A stretch of DNA of 64,000 nucleotides from Laetmonice hystrix (Eukaryota). This document shows positions 40,770 to 51,544 of the stretch, in pieces; the stretch's first letter is position 1; each line of letters begins with the position of its first letter. The stretch is from NCBI GenBank assembly GCA_965235115.1, contig OZ249436.1, positions 55,182,001-55,246,000 of the forward strand. The letters are read 5' to 3'. The notes below the pieces were generated by a model. It worked only from the letters and a program-made list of their open reading frames with translations, was not told the DNA's origin and made no database searches. The position numbers were made by a program, and so were the translations under genes.

Positions 40770-41382
40770 AGGGGCATGTTAAAATGTACCAAATTGCTGA
40801 ATTCAGACATATACTTTGCATGTGTCCCAGGGTGGTCAATAAGTACTTAAAGGGAATAGAAAAGTTCAAACTATCAATATAAGGGTGTTCAGCATGAACA
40901 AGCTTGTTCTTACCTATTTATTTCAACAACTAGATTAAGCCACGAAGATCATTCGTATAAATACCCACCACAATTCATCCTTTTCATCACCTAAGTTGTC
41001 CTAGTTATGATGGTGGATGCACCAAACAGAGAGTGAGCTGTGCCGGAAGTCCCTGTATTGCTCCGCGAAAACCCCATTTTTGGGGGTAAAGCGGTGCATA
41101 ATATGAGTGCCAGTTTAGAGGAAGTAACTGGCGCCACCTGGTGAGTATGGCCGTTTCAGTCCAAAGTAAGCCTAACGCGCATGCGCGCGGTGTTCAGTCT
41201 AGGTATCACGTCAGTAAACACACGCCACGTGCCTTCAGTGGGCAGGCCCTTTGAGACAGGGAGCGGTGAACAATTTTCTGAATCTCCTGGAAAAAGCTAC
41301 TAGTAATGTGTCTAATATATCTAGAAGCAAGCAATATTCCTGGGAAAAGCCACTTTTGTGGTTTTGGTTCTAACATGCCCCT
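40770..41382. mobile_element. Kolobok-like non-autonomous DNA transposon
   Basis: TTAA|aggggcatgtta ... taacatgcccct|TTAA. Confidence 0.75.
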
Positions 41383-41582
41383 TTAAAATAGAATTGATAA
41401 CGGTGTCATCGGCAACATTGCAGAAGGGATAAAATTGAGTTCTGAAATTGAGGCTTCATTGATGGAGGTGGGCAGGATTCACAGGAAGACAATATAAATC
41501 AACATTGGGCCCTTGGGACACGACATTAGAGTCGTATAACGTCGCTGAACTTGTGGTGATATTAACTAGAAAGATCACTTAC

Positions 41583-41700
41583 TGATTGTCCAATCTCCAG
41601 GTAGAAGACCTCGTGGGAAAGCGAATACCCTCTGTAGCCAGGAGAGGTCATTAGTTGCCAACAACGCCTGGAAACCTGACAGGGTTTCCTTGTCTTCTCT
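41583..41700 (-). CDS. C16orf89: C16orf89 homologue, internal exon (118 nt)
   Basis: EKTRKPCQVSRRCWQLMTSPGYRGYSLSHEVFYLEIGQS matches C..S..C..LMT.PG..GY.LSH; donor GTAAGT, phase 2-0. Confidence 0.9.
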
Positions 41701-41866
41701 CTGAAAGAAACCCGCGACTCTAATTAAACAGCTGTAAATGGCAGTGGCTCGCCATGATTAGCTGAGCGACAGGATATAGATCGAGTTTCTCCATTACACA
41801 ATCATGCATGCCTGGCGCACGCTTGCGTCACTCTCCTCTCTACCTTACTCCCGTTGTTTAAGGGAG

Positions 41867-41867
<1 letters not shown>

Positions 41868-41902
<35 letters not shown>
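41868..41902. repeat. (GA)n microsatellite
   Basis: Direct reading. Confidence 0.9.
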
Positions 41903-41908
<6 letters not shown>

Positions 41909-41925
41909 AAGGGAGAGAGTGAGAC

Positions 41926-42407
41926 CGGTGTATCCCCCGTGGTAACTTCAAACCCACGAAATGTTGTCGGAAGTAAAGATCCCTATCCCTGACCTTATCC
42001 CTAACTCCTAACCTCGGTCCCTACACCTCCCACAGACATAATATCCCTATCCCTATCCCTGACCTTATCCCTAACTCCTAACCTCGGTCCCTACACCTCC
42101 TACAGACATAATATCCCTATCTCTATCCCTGACCTTATCCCTAACTCCTAACCTCGGTCCCTACACCTCCTACAGACATAATATCCCTATCCCTATCCTT
42201 GACCTTATCCCTAACTCCTAACCTCGGTCCCTACAACTCCCACAGACATAATATCCCTATCCCTATCCCTGACCTTATCCCTAACTCCTAACCTCGGTCC
42301 CTACACCTCCTACAGACATAATATCCCTATCTCTATCCCTGACCTTAACCCGAACCCTTACCCAAAACTTTTGTCTAGGACTGGAAGTTACCATGGGGGA
42401 ATAACCG
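41926..42407. mobile_element. MITE carrying a 70-bp tandem array of telomere-like hexamers
   Basis: TIRs cggtgtatcccccgtggtaacttc / gaagttaccatgggggaataaccg; about 5.4 copies of a 70-bp ccctat/ccctaa-rich unit at 41981-42360. Confidence 0.7.
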
Positions 42408-42419
42408 AGAGACTCGTAC

Positions 42420-42570
42420 CCGGTGCCGAAGAGTTCGGTAAGGCAGTCGTCCGAATCGTCCTCATGCATAGCCTCGCCTTCCACTGTCGGTCCCGTCATC
42501 ATGGACCGGTCCACGTTCGTACTCACATAATCCAGTGTCCAAAACCCTTTCTTTAGGATCGGCCCGATCT
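42420..42570 (-). CDS. C16orf89: C16orf89 homologue, internal exon (151 nt)
   Basis: IGPILKKGFWTLDY...EDDSDDCLTELFGTG matches GFW...SD.CL..L.GTG; phase 1-2. Confidence 0.88.
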
Positions 42571-42799
42571 CTACACGATAAAAAAAGGAAGATCGCTAAG
42601 GATCACAACATTTGGTGGTAGGCAGTAAACTACTAGCACTTTTCTTAACCCACAACCTTTACCTCGTTCCTCGATCTCCCACAAAAGATCTCTATCCCTT
42701 TATAGGTCGGACTCCCAGTTTCGTGAAAATGTCACAAATATCACGCAGCCTGCTTGGTGATGTACAATCTATATACCATGCTGGTTAAGATTTCATCCT

Positions 42800-42961
42800 G
42801 GGGACCGTCTTACTAATACTAAACTCCCGTTATTATTAACGATATCGTTAACTTGTATAGAAATGAATAGCAGGCGACATAACGATTTCATTAACGAGTG
42901 GGTTCCCATTGACAGCCAGTACCGACATGGTCAATTATGAGGAGCTTAGTAAGACGGCCCC
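42800..42961. mobile_element. Harbinger-like MITE
   Basis: ggggaccgtcttactaa ... ttagtaagacggcccc. Confidence 0.55.
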
Positions 42962-43666
42962 CTGAATTAATTGATTTGATGGCGATTCGCGGTACCACCT
43001 GAGGGCGCTTGTGTTCTTATGTCGTTAACAGTACATCCGGGAACTGGCATGTAAAATACCTCTTTCCATAAGCTCTCAACTCAAAAAAAGGTAGAAATCA
43101 CTAAAGTCGTTGATAATACTCAGAACGTGTTTACTTGCGCCACATTCCTTTACACTGAGTTGATTAATTGAGAAGCAATGTTCAATTCGTATTCTTTTCC
43201 TTGAATAAACTTTAATCAATTACTGATTTCAATTATAATCGTTTTTGTTGCCGGTTTTAAAGCTGATGCGTATACAATAACAACCCGTGGTCGTGCTACA
43301 TGTCGGAGCGTACGTAGTGTGTCCTAGATTCACTGCGATCACTGCAAGCCTTTCTGCTTCCAATCATCCAATGTTCTTCCCTATAGGTGGCCTAACGTCA
43401 ATCTTTTAACTTTAATATTATGGTAATATTGCAATATCAATCAACAGGGGCGGATCCAGGACTTTTTTCTCAATAAAACGCTGGACAATATTTCTTCAAC
43501 ATGGATCTTTTTGGACGGCCCTACTGTAAGTAAAACAAGAGCTCCTAGACGCGAGAGCTCCTGTTTTCACGCGCCGCAAGTACTTAGAGAAAGATCGTTC
43601 TGCCTCGCAGCTGGTAGACACACCCAATTTGCAACAGAGCGTGAATGTTGGGAAACGACTGTTTAT

Positions 43667-44018
43667 ACCCCCTTTACACAGGGGTGGCGATCGTTGAGCA
43701 ATGAAGAAATGGCCAGATCTCTCAACGATCTTTCAATGGGCGCCCAGCGATCGCCAAAATCTCTCAATGATCTCTCAATGATCTTGCAGTGATCTCCACG
43801 GTCGCCACGGCCTCCTCAATGTTTTGAACAGTCCAAAACAATCTCTCTAGGGGAAGCGATCTCTCAACGACCGCTCAACGAACCTTCAAGGAGCGCTCAA
43901 AGAGCGCCCCGATCTCATCGATCTCCCAATGATCTCTCAGCGATCTTTCAATGAACGCCAAATTTTTCCACCCCGAAGGTAGAGATCAGTGAGGGATCGC
44001 TGAGCGTTCAGTGAAAGA
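43667..44018. mobile_element. Degenerate Harbinger-like MITE with gatctc/cgatc repeats
   Basis: Starts ccccctttacaca; internal ctctcaacga/gatctc repeats; right end truncated. Confidence 0.4.
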
Positions 44019-44139
44019 CCAATATATATATAGTTCATTGAAAGAAATGACCCTAGAGACAGCTGGGGGGGGGGGGGGGGGGGGTTAAGCCCCCAAAGGT
44101 CCCCCGAGTCCGCCACTGAAATTTAATCTGTGAGAATTA

Positions 44140-44800
44140 CATGGTGTGTATACTGGTCTGGGAACGTCTTTCCGGAGTAGCCCCTGCACATCATTTCTAT
44201 CTGAAGACATACAAGCAGTGGTACGACTGACCTCGCACCTGGTCGGGGGTTAAACCGCATTCAGCCAGTCGGAATAGGTTGAGCTAGGTGTGCTGCTGTC
44301 CCTATTTCCGCGTACGTAAAATCTAAAATTCTTTCGTCAATATTCTCAATATTATTGTCCCCGGTGTACTCAATGTACCTGGCACAAAGTGAAGGGATAT
44401 GCTTATTGGCAATATCATCCGTCAGGTCACTGGCAATAATGCCATAGAATGGACAATTATCACTCATGTCAGATATCACGAACAGCGTTTCCAAGGACAC
44501 TTAAAATTTCATTTTGTATGGTTTTTGACAAATACGTGGCATTTGCAGGGCAGGACGACACGAATTTCCTCAGTACCTCATCAAATTTGAAGTTTTGAAC
44601 CGGCCGAAAATGCTTTTTCATAAATTCAATTTTCTCATGGCCCGTAATGTGTGATCTAACAATCCGAGATCGTCGTAAACTTTATCTGCCGGGGTCCTGG
44701 AAACAAGGTCGGTTGATGAACTTTCTGGCGGATATAGATCTACGGTTTCAGCGGATCTTTCAGTTTACTTTGCTGCATATTCAGGACGATTGCTTTAGCA
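44140..44800 (-). pseudogene. hAT (ZMYM1/Tip100-like) transposase remnant
   Basis: Broken frames give NATYLSKTIQNEIL, GIIASDLTDDIANKHIPSLCARY..ERILDF and VQGLLRKDVPRPVYT. Confidence 0.7.
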
Positions 44801-44947
44801 ATAGGATGTCAATGCCGACTGCACTTTTCTTTTCTCCATTTTGACTTTATGACTCCTGTAACCATAAAGGTAATAGGCCCTATAAAGTAACGTACTTGCG
44901 GGTGTGTCATAGCCTGGACTATAATACGCTATAGAGTATGCACTTAC

Positions 44948-45106
44948 TGGCATAGTATTTCGGCTGCGTGCGGGCCACGTATGGCGTAGCCAAGTCGCTA
45001 ACTTTCTCAGCCTTTTTCTGGACTGCATTTATTTTCTGTTCCACGTCCGGCGATATTCGTGGTCCTCCCGGCTTGTTAAGATGACGCAGGAGAACGCTGA
45101 GTTGTC
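44948..45106 (-). CDS. C16orf89: C16orf89 homologue, probable coding exon 2 (159 nt)
   Basis: (G)QLSVLLRHL...KAEKVSDLATPYVARTQPKYYA; acceptor tttttacttcccccag, donor GTAAGT, phase 1-1, joins in frame to the exon at 42570. Confidence 0.8.
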
Positions 45107-47289
45107 CTGGGGGAAGTAAAAACGAGCATTTTGTTATCGCTGGCGTTGCCTGTGAGAATCAAGATAAGAAAGATAGTTCCAAGGAGAAACACAAACATTG
45201 AATGATTACGGTCGTCAATACAACTATTCAAGTGCACCCGTCTGGAATAATTACAACGTTCCCATTCAGGGTAATCTCGGGAATTGTTATTTCACAACAG
45301 ATCTGGCGTCCTGTGGATTTGATTCCTAATGATTTAGAGTGAAAATATAGCTACATAATATTATATTTCCGAGTGCTTAACACAAAAGAAATCCTTGCTG
45401 CTTAATGAAACTCCAAGCTCAGAAGGCAGGAATGTCAACATTTGCTTTGAGAAACGATAAAAATATCATCTTACTCTAACCGCAAGTTTGGAACAATTAC
45501 CACTTTTTCCGTTGACATTACAACATTTTGATTATACTCATTAGAAAGCCTCATAACGAACTAATGATGAGAAATATGTCATGTTGGGCGCGCCGTTCCT
45601 CCGGGTCAGTGTGTTTTCTGTACCGGAAGGTGGTCTCCTTGGAAGGGGACCTTTCTGAGTCCAGACTCCGTCACATACTGGAGAAGAAACGCTTTGTACT
45701 TTGAATCGAGGTAAAAATGTTGTAATTATGACCCTTTCCTTTGCTGTGTTCGATCACGTTCAGGCGATATTTAGCGTCCTGATATACGCTAATGGCCTCA
45801 TGTCCCGTAATAATGAGTCCGCTTCAAACCATTCTAGGTCAGTTTTTTTATCATTAAGCCCAGATATTTTGAACTGCCCTGGTGGCTTCACCTAAAACTG
45901 ATAAAACTAAAAAGCTGGCGCTAACATGAACCTAGGGGGCGACCATAAGTTATTTGTGCGGGGGGGGGGGGCGCTGGGTGTTTTTGGAACTAAATAACTT
46001 CGAAAATTGGTGAAATAAATAAATTCTCCCTGGTCATGCCAGAAATAAATAACGTGTTATTAGTAGAGCTGGAAATAAATAATGTTGCATCGCAGATTAT
46101 GAATCAGGTCAAATTTAAAAGTGTCCAGTCAATAAAAAGAAAATGGTGTTTTGGCGGCCTCGCTTCGCTCGGCCAATGACCTACCTAGTACTGTTTGTAC
46201 CCATCTAAATTTGACCATACAAAATGACCATACAAAATGAGGTGTACAGTGTGTGTAGAGCCTATAGGGCTCCGACATCCCGGCTGCTGCTACACCCCGA
46301 ATTATTTATAATAACAAAACAGACCTGCAAGTCCAATTATGAGTGATTTTATTAAAACCTCCAAACTAAGGCATATAAAACATGAACAAACGCGATCAAG
46401 TTGACTTTGGAAGTCATGGCACAGAATGGAACAACTAAATATTCCACCTTGAACATTGCGTGCGTTGCAGAATCCTCTCGCTCGCGAAAATCCACTCGCG
46501 AAAGTGGGTTTTCGTGAGTGGAAATGTAATGTGCCTTGCATAAACCTGCGAGCAGGATTTTGGCGAGCGAGAAATAGGACTTTCTCGCGATCATCGCCCA
46601 GACCCCCAGCTCGCCAAAAACTGCTCGGCAATTACCGAAATCAAGGTTTTATATGTGGCGAACTCGCTCGCAAAAGAGTATAATCTCATAATCCTTAGCG
46701 TTCCTGACGTCACAGACTGGCTCAGGTCGTCGTAGCTATGACAGAAAAGCGGATCTACCTGCCTCGTATTAACCCACTCGAAGTTTTGAGTGCGAGAAAT
46801 GGTTTCGGCGGCGGTTAAGACTCCACGGCAAGTTGTATTGGACCTCGCAATAGATTCTGGCAACTCAGAATTTTCTCTTTTTTGCCCAAAACCATCTCAA
46901 AAGTTATTAAATGTAACACGGAACGGGATGAGGGTCCTCCACAGCGGAAAGTATGGAATGGAATGCCTGAATACTCATACTTTCCCGCCGTGAAGGATCC
47001 GAATCCCGTTGTGTTTATTCGCTCGGATTAATTTAGAAAAACAAAGAACATTAAACAAAAACTAACAACGCTTTATAAAGACTTTCAGCACCGTAAGTTG
47101 GGAACTCGGGAGGTCATCCAGTTCAGCCCCTATTTAAAACATCAGAATGTGTTAATATCGTTCTTGTTGATACTACTCAGAGGAGTTAGTGTTAAATAAG
47201 CAGTGTGAAGTTAGGATCTGGTTCACGGTACACGGTTCACGATTCGCGAACGCAGGATCTGATTCGCCACCTAGGATACGATTCGTAAT

Positions 47290-48300
47290 TACGGAGCAAG
47301 GGGACTAATGAATGGTACCCCCAGACTCCCCTCCTCCTGGGCTACCACTGCCTAGGAGGAAAATGATTGGCAATTATTTTAAAGGGTCATGGTGGGCTAA
47401 TGAAGTTGGGTCAATTTCGGCGATTTCGTAGTATAAGGGGTCCACCCGAAGTGTCACTGACAGTCCCCTACGGGGCAAGGGGACTAATGAATGGTACCCC
47501 CACACTCCCCTCCTCCTGGGCTACCGCTGCCTAGGAGGAAAATGATTGGCAATTATTTTAAAGGGTCATGGTGGGCTAATGAATTTGGGTGAATTTAGGC
47601 TATTTCATAGCATAAGGGGTCCACCCGAAGTTTTACTCACAGTCCCCTACGGGGCAAGGGGACTAATGAATGGTACTCCCAGACTCCCCTCCTCCTGGGC
47701 TACCGCTGCCTAGGAGGAAAATGATTGGCAATTATTTTAAAGGGTCATGGTGGGCTAATGAATTTGGGTGAATTTAGGCTATTTCATAGCATAAGGGGGT
47801 CCACCCGAAGTGTCACTGACAGTCCCCTACGGGGCAAGGGGACTAATGAATGGTACTCCCAGACTCCCCTCCTCCTGGGCTACCGCTGCCTAGGAGGAAA
47901 ATGATTGGCAATTATTTTAAAGGGTCATGGTGGGCTAATGAATTTGGGTGAATTTAGGCTATTTTATGGCATAAGGGGGTCCACCCGAAGTGTCACTGAC
48001 AGTCCCCTACGGGGCAAGGGAACTAATGAATGGTACCCCCAGACTCCCCTCCTCCTGGGCTACCACTGTCTAGGAGGAAAATGATTGGCAATTATTTTAA
48101 AGGGTCATGGTGGGCTAATGAAGGTGGGTCAATTTCGGCGATTTTGTAGTAAAAGGGGGCCACCCGAAGTGTCACTGACAGTCCCCTACGGGGCAAGGGG
48201 ACTAATGAATGGTACCCCCACACTCCCCTCCTCCTGGGCTACCGCTGCCTAGGAGGAAAATGATTGGCAATTATTGTAAAGGGTCATGGTGGGCTAATGA
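47290..48300 (-). repeat. 179-180-bp satellite, left arm (~5.6 copies)
   Basis: ggggactaatgaatggtac recurs every 179-180 bp. Confidence 0.95.
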
Positions 48301-49562
48301 ATACATAGCATTATAGCATAGTCTTGATTTTGGCCAAGTTCGGTCCCTGATCCGGTCCGCTTAGAGAAACTGCCGGGCAACAATCTACAAGGTGTGTATT
48401 GCCCTCGGCCTGGAGGAGGTCGTGGCACCCTTCGTTAGTCCTGCTAGGCCATAGGAATGAGTAGCAAAACGGCGCGTTTTCACGTTCATGAATGAAATAT
48501 ATGAAAATCGTGTAAGTTGAGGAACTTTTCTGGACCACTTAGAGAAACTGCCGGGCAACAACCTACTAGGTGTGTATTGCCCTCGACCTGGAGGAGGTCG
48601 TGGCACCCTTCGTTAGTCCCGCTAGGCCGTAGGAATGACGTAGCAAGACGTCAAGTCGGCAGGAGGCATATAGCATTATAGCATAGTCTTGATTTTGGCC
48701 AAGTTCGGTCCCTGATCCGGTCCGCTTAGAGAAACTGTCGAGCAACAACCTACTAGGTGGGTATTGCCCTCGGCCTGGAGGAGGTCGTGGCCCCCTTCGT
48801 TAGTCCCGCTAGGCCGTAGGAGTGACGTAGCAAGACGTCAAGTGGGCAGGGGGTATATAGCATTATAACATAGTCTTGATTTTGGCCAAGTTTGGTCCCT
48901 GATCAGGTCCGCTTAGAGAAACTGCCGGGCAACAACCTACTAGGTGTGTATTGCCCTCGGCCTGGAGGAGGTCATGGCACCCTTCGTTAGTCCTGATAGG
49001 CCGTAGGAATGACGTAGCAAGACGTCAAATAGGCAAGGGGGGGCACATAGCATTATAGCATAGTCTTGATTTTGGCCAGGTTCGGTCCCTGATCTGGTCC
49101 GCTTAGAGAAACTGCCGGGCAACAACCTACTAGGTGTGTATTGGAAATGGCTTGGAGGAGGTCATGGTACCCTTCGTTAGTCCCGCTAGGCCGTAGGAAT
49201 GACGTAGCAAGACGTCAAGTGGGCAGGGGGTATATAGCATTATAGCATAGTCTTGATTTTGGCCAAGTTCGGTCCCTGATCAGGTCCGCTTAGAGAAACT
49301 GCCGGGCAACAACCTACTAGGTGTGTATTGGAAATGGCTTGGAGGAGGTCATGGTACCCTTCGTTAGTCCCGCTAGGCCGTAGGAATGACGTAGCAAGAC
49401 GTCAAGTGGGCAGGGGGTATATAGCATTATAGCATAGTCTTGATTTTGGCCAAGTTCGGTCCCTGATCAGGTCCGCTTAGAGAAACTGCCGGGCAACAAC
49501 CTACTAGGTGTGTATTGCCCTCGGCCTGGAGGAGGTCGTGGCACCCATCGTTAGTCCCGCTA
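48301..49562 (-). repeat. ~187-bp repeat array, left arm (~6.7 copies)
   Basis: tagcattatagcatagtcttgattttggcc recurs every ~187-190 bp. Confidence 0.95.
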
Positions 49563-50106
49563 GTCCGTTAGTCCCGTTAGTCCCGCTTCACACTGCTCGC
49601 GTTTTGTCGCTCAACCAAAAACGTCGCGATTTCCCGCGACGGGAAATCGCGGCGGCCCTGATTAGGTAACCTGTTCCCACTGAGGCAGAAAAACGCATAC
49701 CGGTCATCATTCACTCCCCTTCAGGTGTCACGCCCCCCTCCCCCGCGGTTAATCGCTTCAAATGCTATTTTTGCAACGGCTTTTTCCCCTGTGCGTCGGC
49801 CGCGGCGTTGTCAATCAGGTATTTTTGCCGCATCGCTCAAATGGAAACCATTCTATGAAATTCAGTTGTACCAGTCTCGGCGTTGGGCGTCGCGATTTCC
49901 CGCAGCGTGGACCGCGGCGGTAAAACGCGCTAGTGGGTACAGGCCTCAAGGGGAGTGAATGATGACCGGTATGCGTTTTTCTGCCTCAGTGGGAACAGGT
50001 TACCTAATCAGGGCCGCCGCGATTTCCCGTCGCGGGAAATCGCGACGTTTTTGGTTGAGCGACAAAACGCGAGCAGTGTGAAGCGGGACTAACGGGACTA
50101 ACGGAC

Positions 50107-51544
50107 TAGCGGGACTAACGATGGGTGCCACGACCTCCTCCAGGCCGAGGGCAATACACACCTAGTAGATTGTTGCCCGGCAGTTTCTCTAAGCGGACCT
50201 GATCAGGGACCGAACTTGGCCAAAATCAAGACTATGCTATAATGCTATGTACCCCCTGCCCACTTGACGTCTTGCTACGTCATTCCTACGACCTAGCGGG
50301 ACTAACGAAGGGTGCCACGACCTCCTCCAGGCCGAGGGCAATACCCACCTAGTAGGTTGTTGCTCGGCAGTTTCTCTAAGCGGACCGGATCAGGGACCGA
50401 ACTTGGCCAAAATCAAGACTATGCTATAATGCTATATACCCCCTGCCCACTTGACGTCTTGCCACGTCATTCCTTCGGCCTAGCGGGACTAACGAAGGGT
50501 ACCATGACCTCCTCCAAGCCATTTCCAATACACACCTAGTAGGTTGTTGCCCGGCAGTTTCTCTAAGCGGACCAGATCAGGGACCGAACCTGGCCAAAAT
50601 CAAGACTATGCTATAATGCTATGTGCCCCCCCCCTTGCCTATTTGACGTCTTGCTACGTCATTCCTACGGCCTATCAGGACTAACGAAGGGTGCCATGAC
50701 CTCCTCCAGGCCGAGGGCAATACACACCTAGTAGGTTGTTGCCCGGCAGTTTCTCTAAGCGGACCTGATCAGGGACCGAACTTGGCCAAAATCAAGACTA
50801 TGCTATAATGCTATGTACCCCCTGCCCACTTGACGTCTTGCTACGTCATTCCTACGACCTAGCGGGACTAACGAAGGGTGCCACGACCTCCTCCAGGCCG
50901 AGGGCAATACCCACCTAGTAGGTTGTTGCTCGGCAGTTTCTCTAAGCGGACCGGATCAGGGACCGAACTTGGCCAAAATCAAGACTATGCTATAATGCTA
51001 TATACCCCCTGCCCACTTGACGTCTTGCCACGTCATTCCTTCGGCCTAGCGGGACTAACGAAGGGTGCCACGACCCCCTCCAGGTCGAGGGCAATACACA
51101 CCTAGTAGGTTGTTGCCCGGCAGTTTCTCTAAGTGGTCCAGAAAAGTTCAACTTACACGATTTTCATATATTTCATTCATGAACGTGAAAACGCGACGTC
51201 TTGCTACGTCATTCCTACGGCCTAGCGGGACTAACGAAGGGTGCCACGACTTCCTCCAGGCCAAGGGCAATACACACCTAGTAGGTTGTTGCCCGGCAGT
51301 TTCTCTAAGTGGTCCAGAAAAGTTCCTCAACTTACACGATTTTCATATATTTCATTCATGAACGTGAAAACGCGACGTTTTGCTACTCATTCCTATGGCC
51401 TAGCAGGACTAACGAAGGGTGCCACGACCTCCTCCAGGCCGAGGGCAATACACACCTTGTAGATTGTTGCCCGGCAGTTTCTCTAAGCGGACCGGATCAG
51501 GGACCGAACTTGGCCAAAATCAAGACTATGCTATAATGCTATGT
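50107..51544 (+). repeat. ~187-bp repeat array, right arm (~7.7 copies)
   Basis: Reverse complement of the left-arm array. Confidence 0.95.

Noticed and set aside
45760..45891. Possible minus-strand terminal exon VKPPGQFKISGLNDKKTDLEWFEADSLLRDMRPLAYIRTLNIA*
   Set aside because: Plausible acceptor but no recognisable homology or partner exons; it does not match C16orf89 exon 1.
48311..51536. Short ORFs within the 187-bp arrays
   Set aside because: Repeat-derived, appear on both strands because of the palindrome, and show no domain signal.
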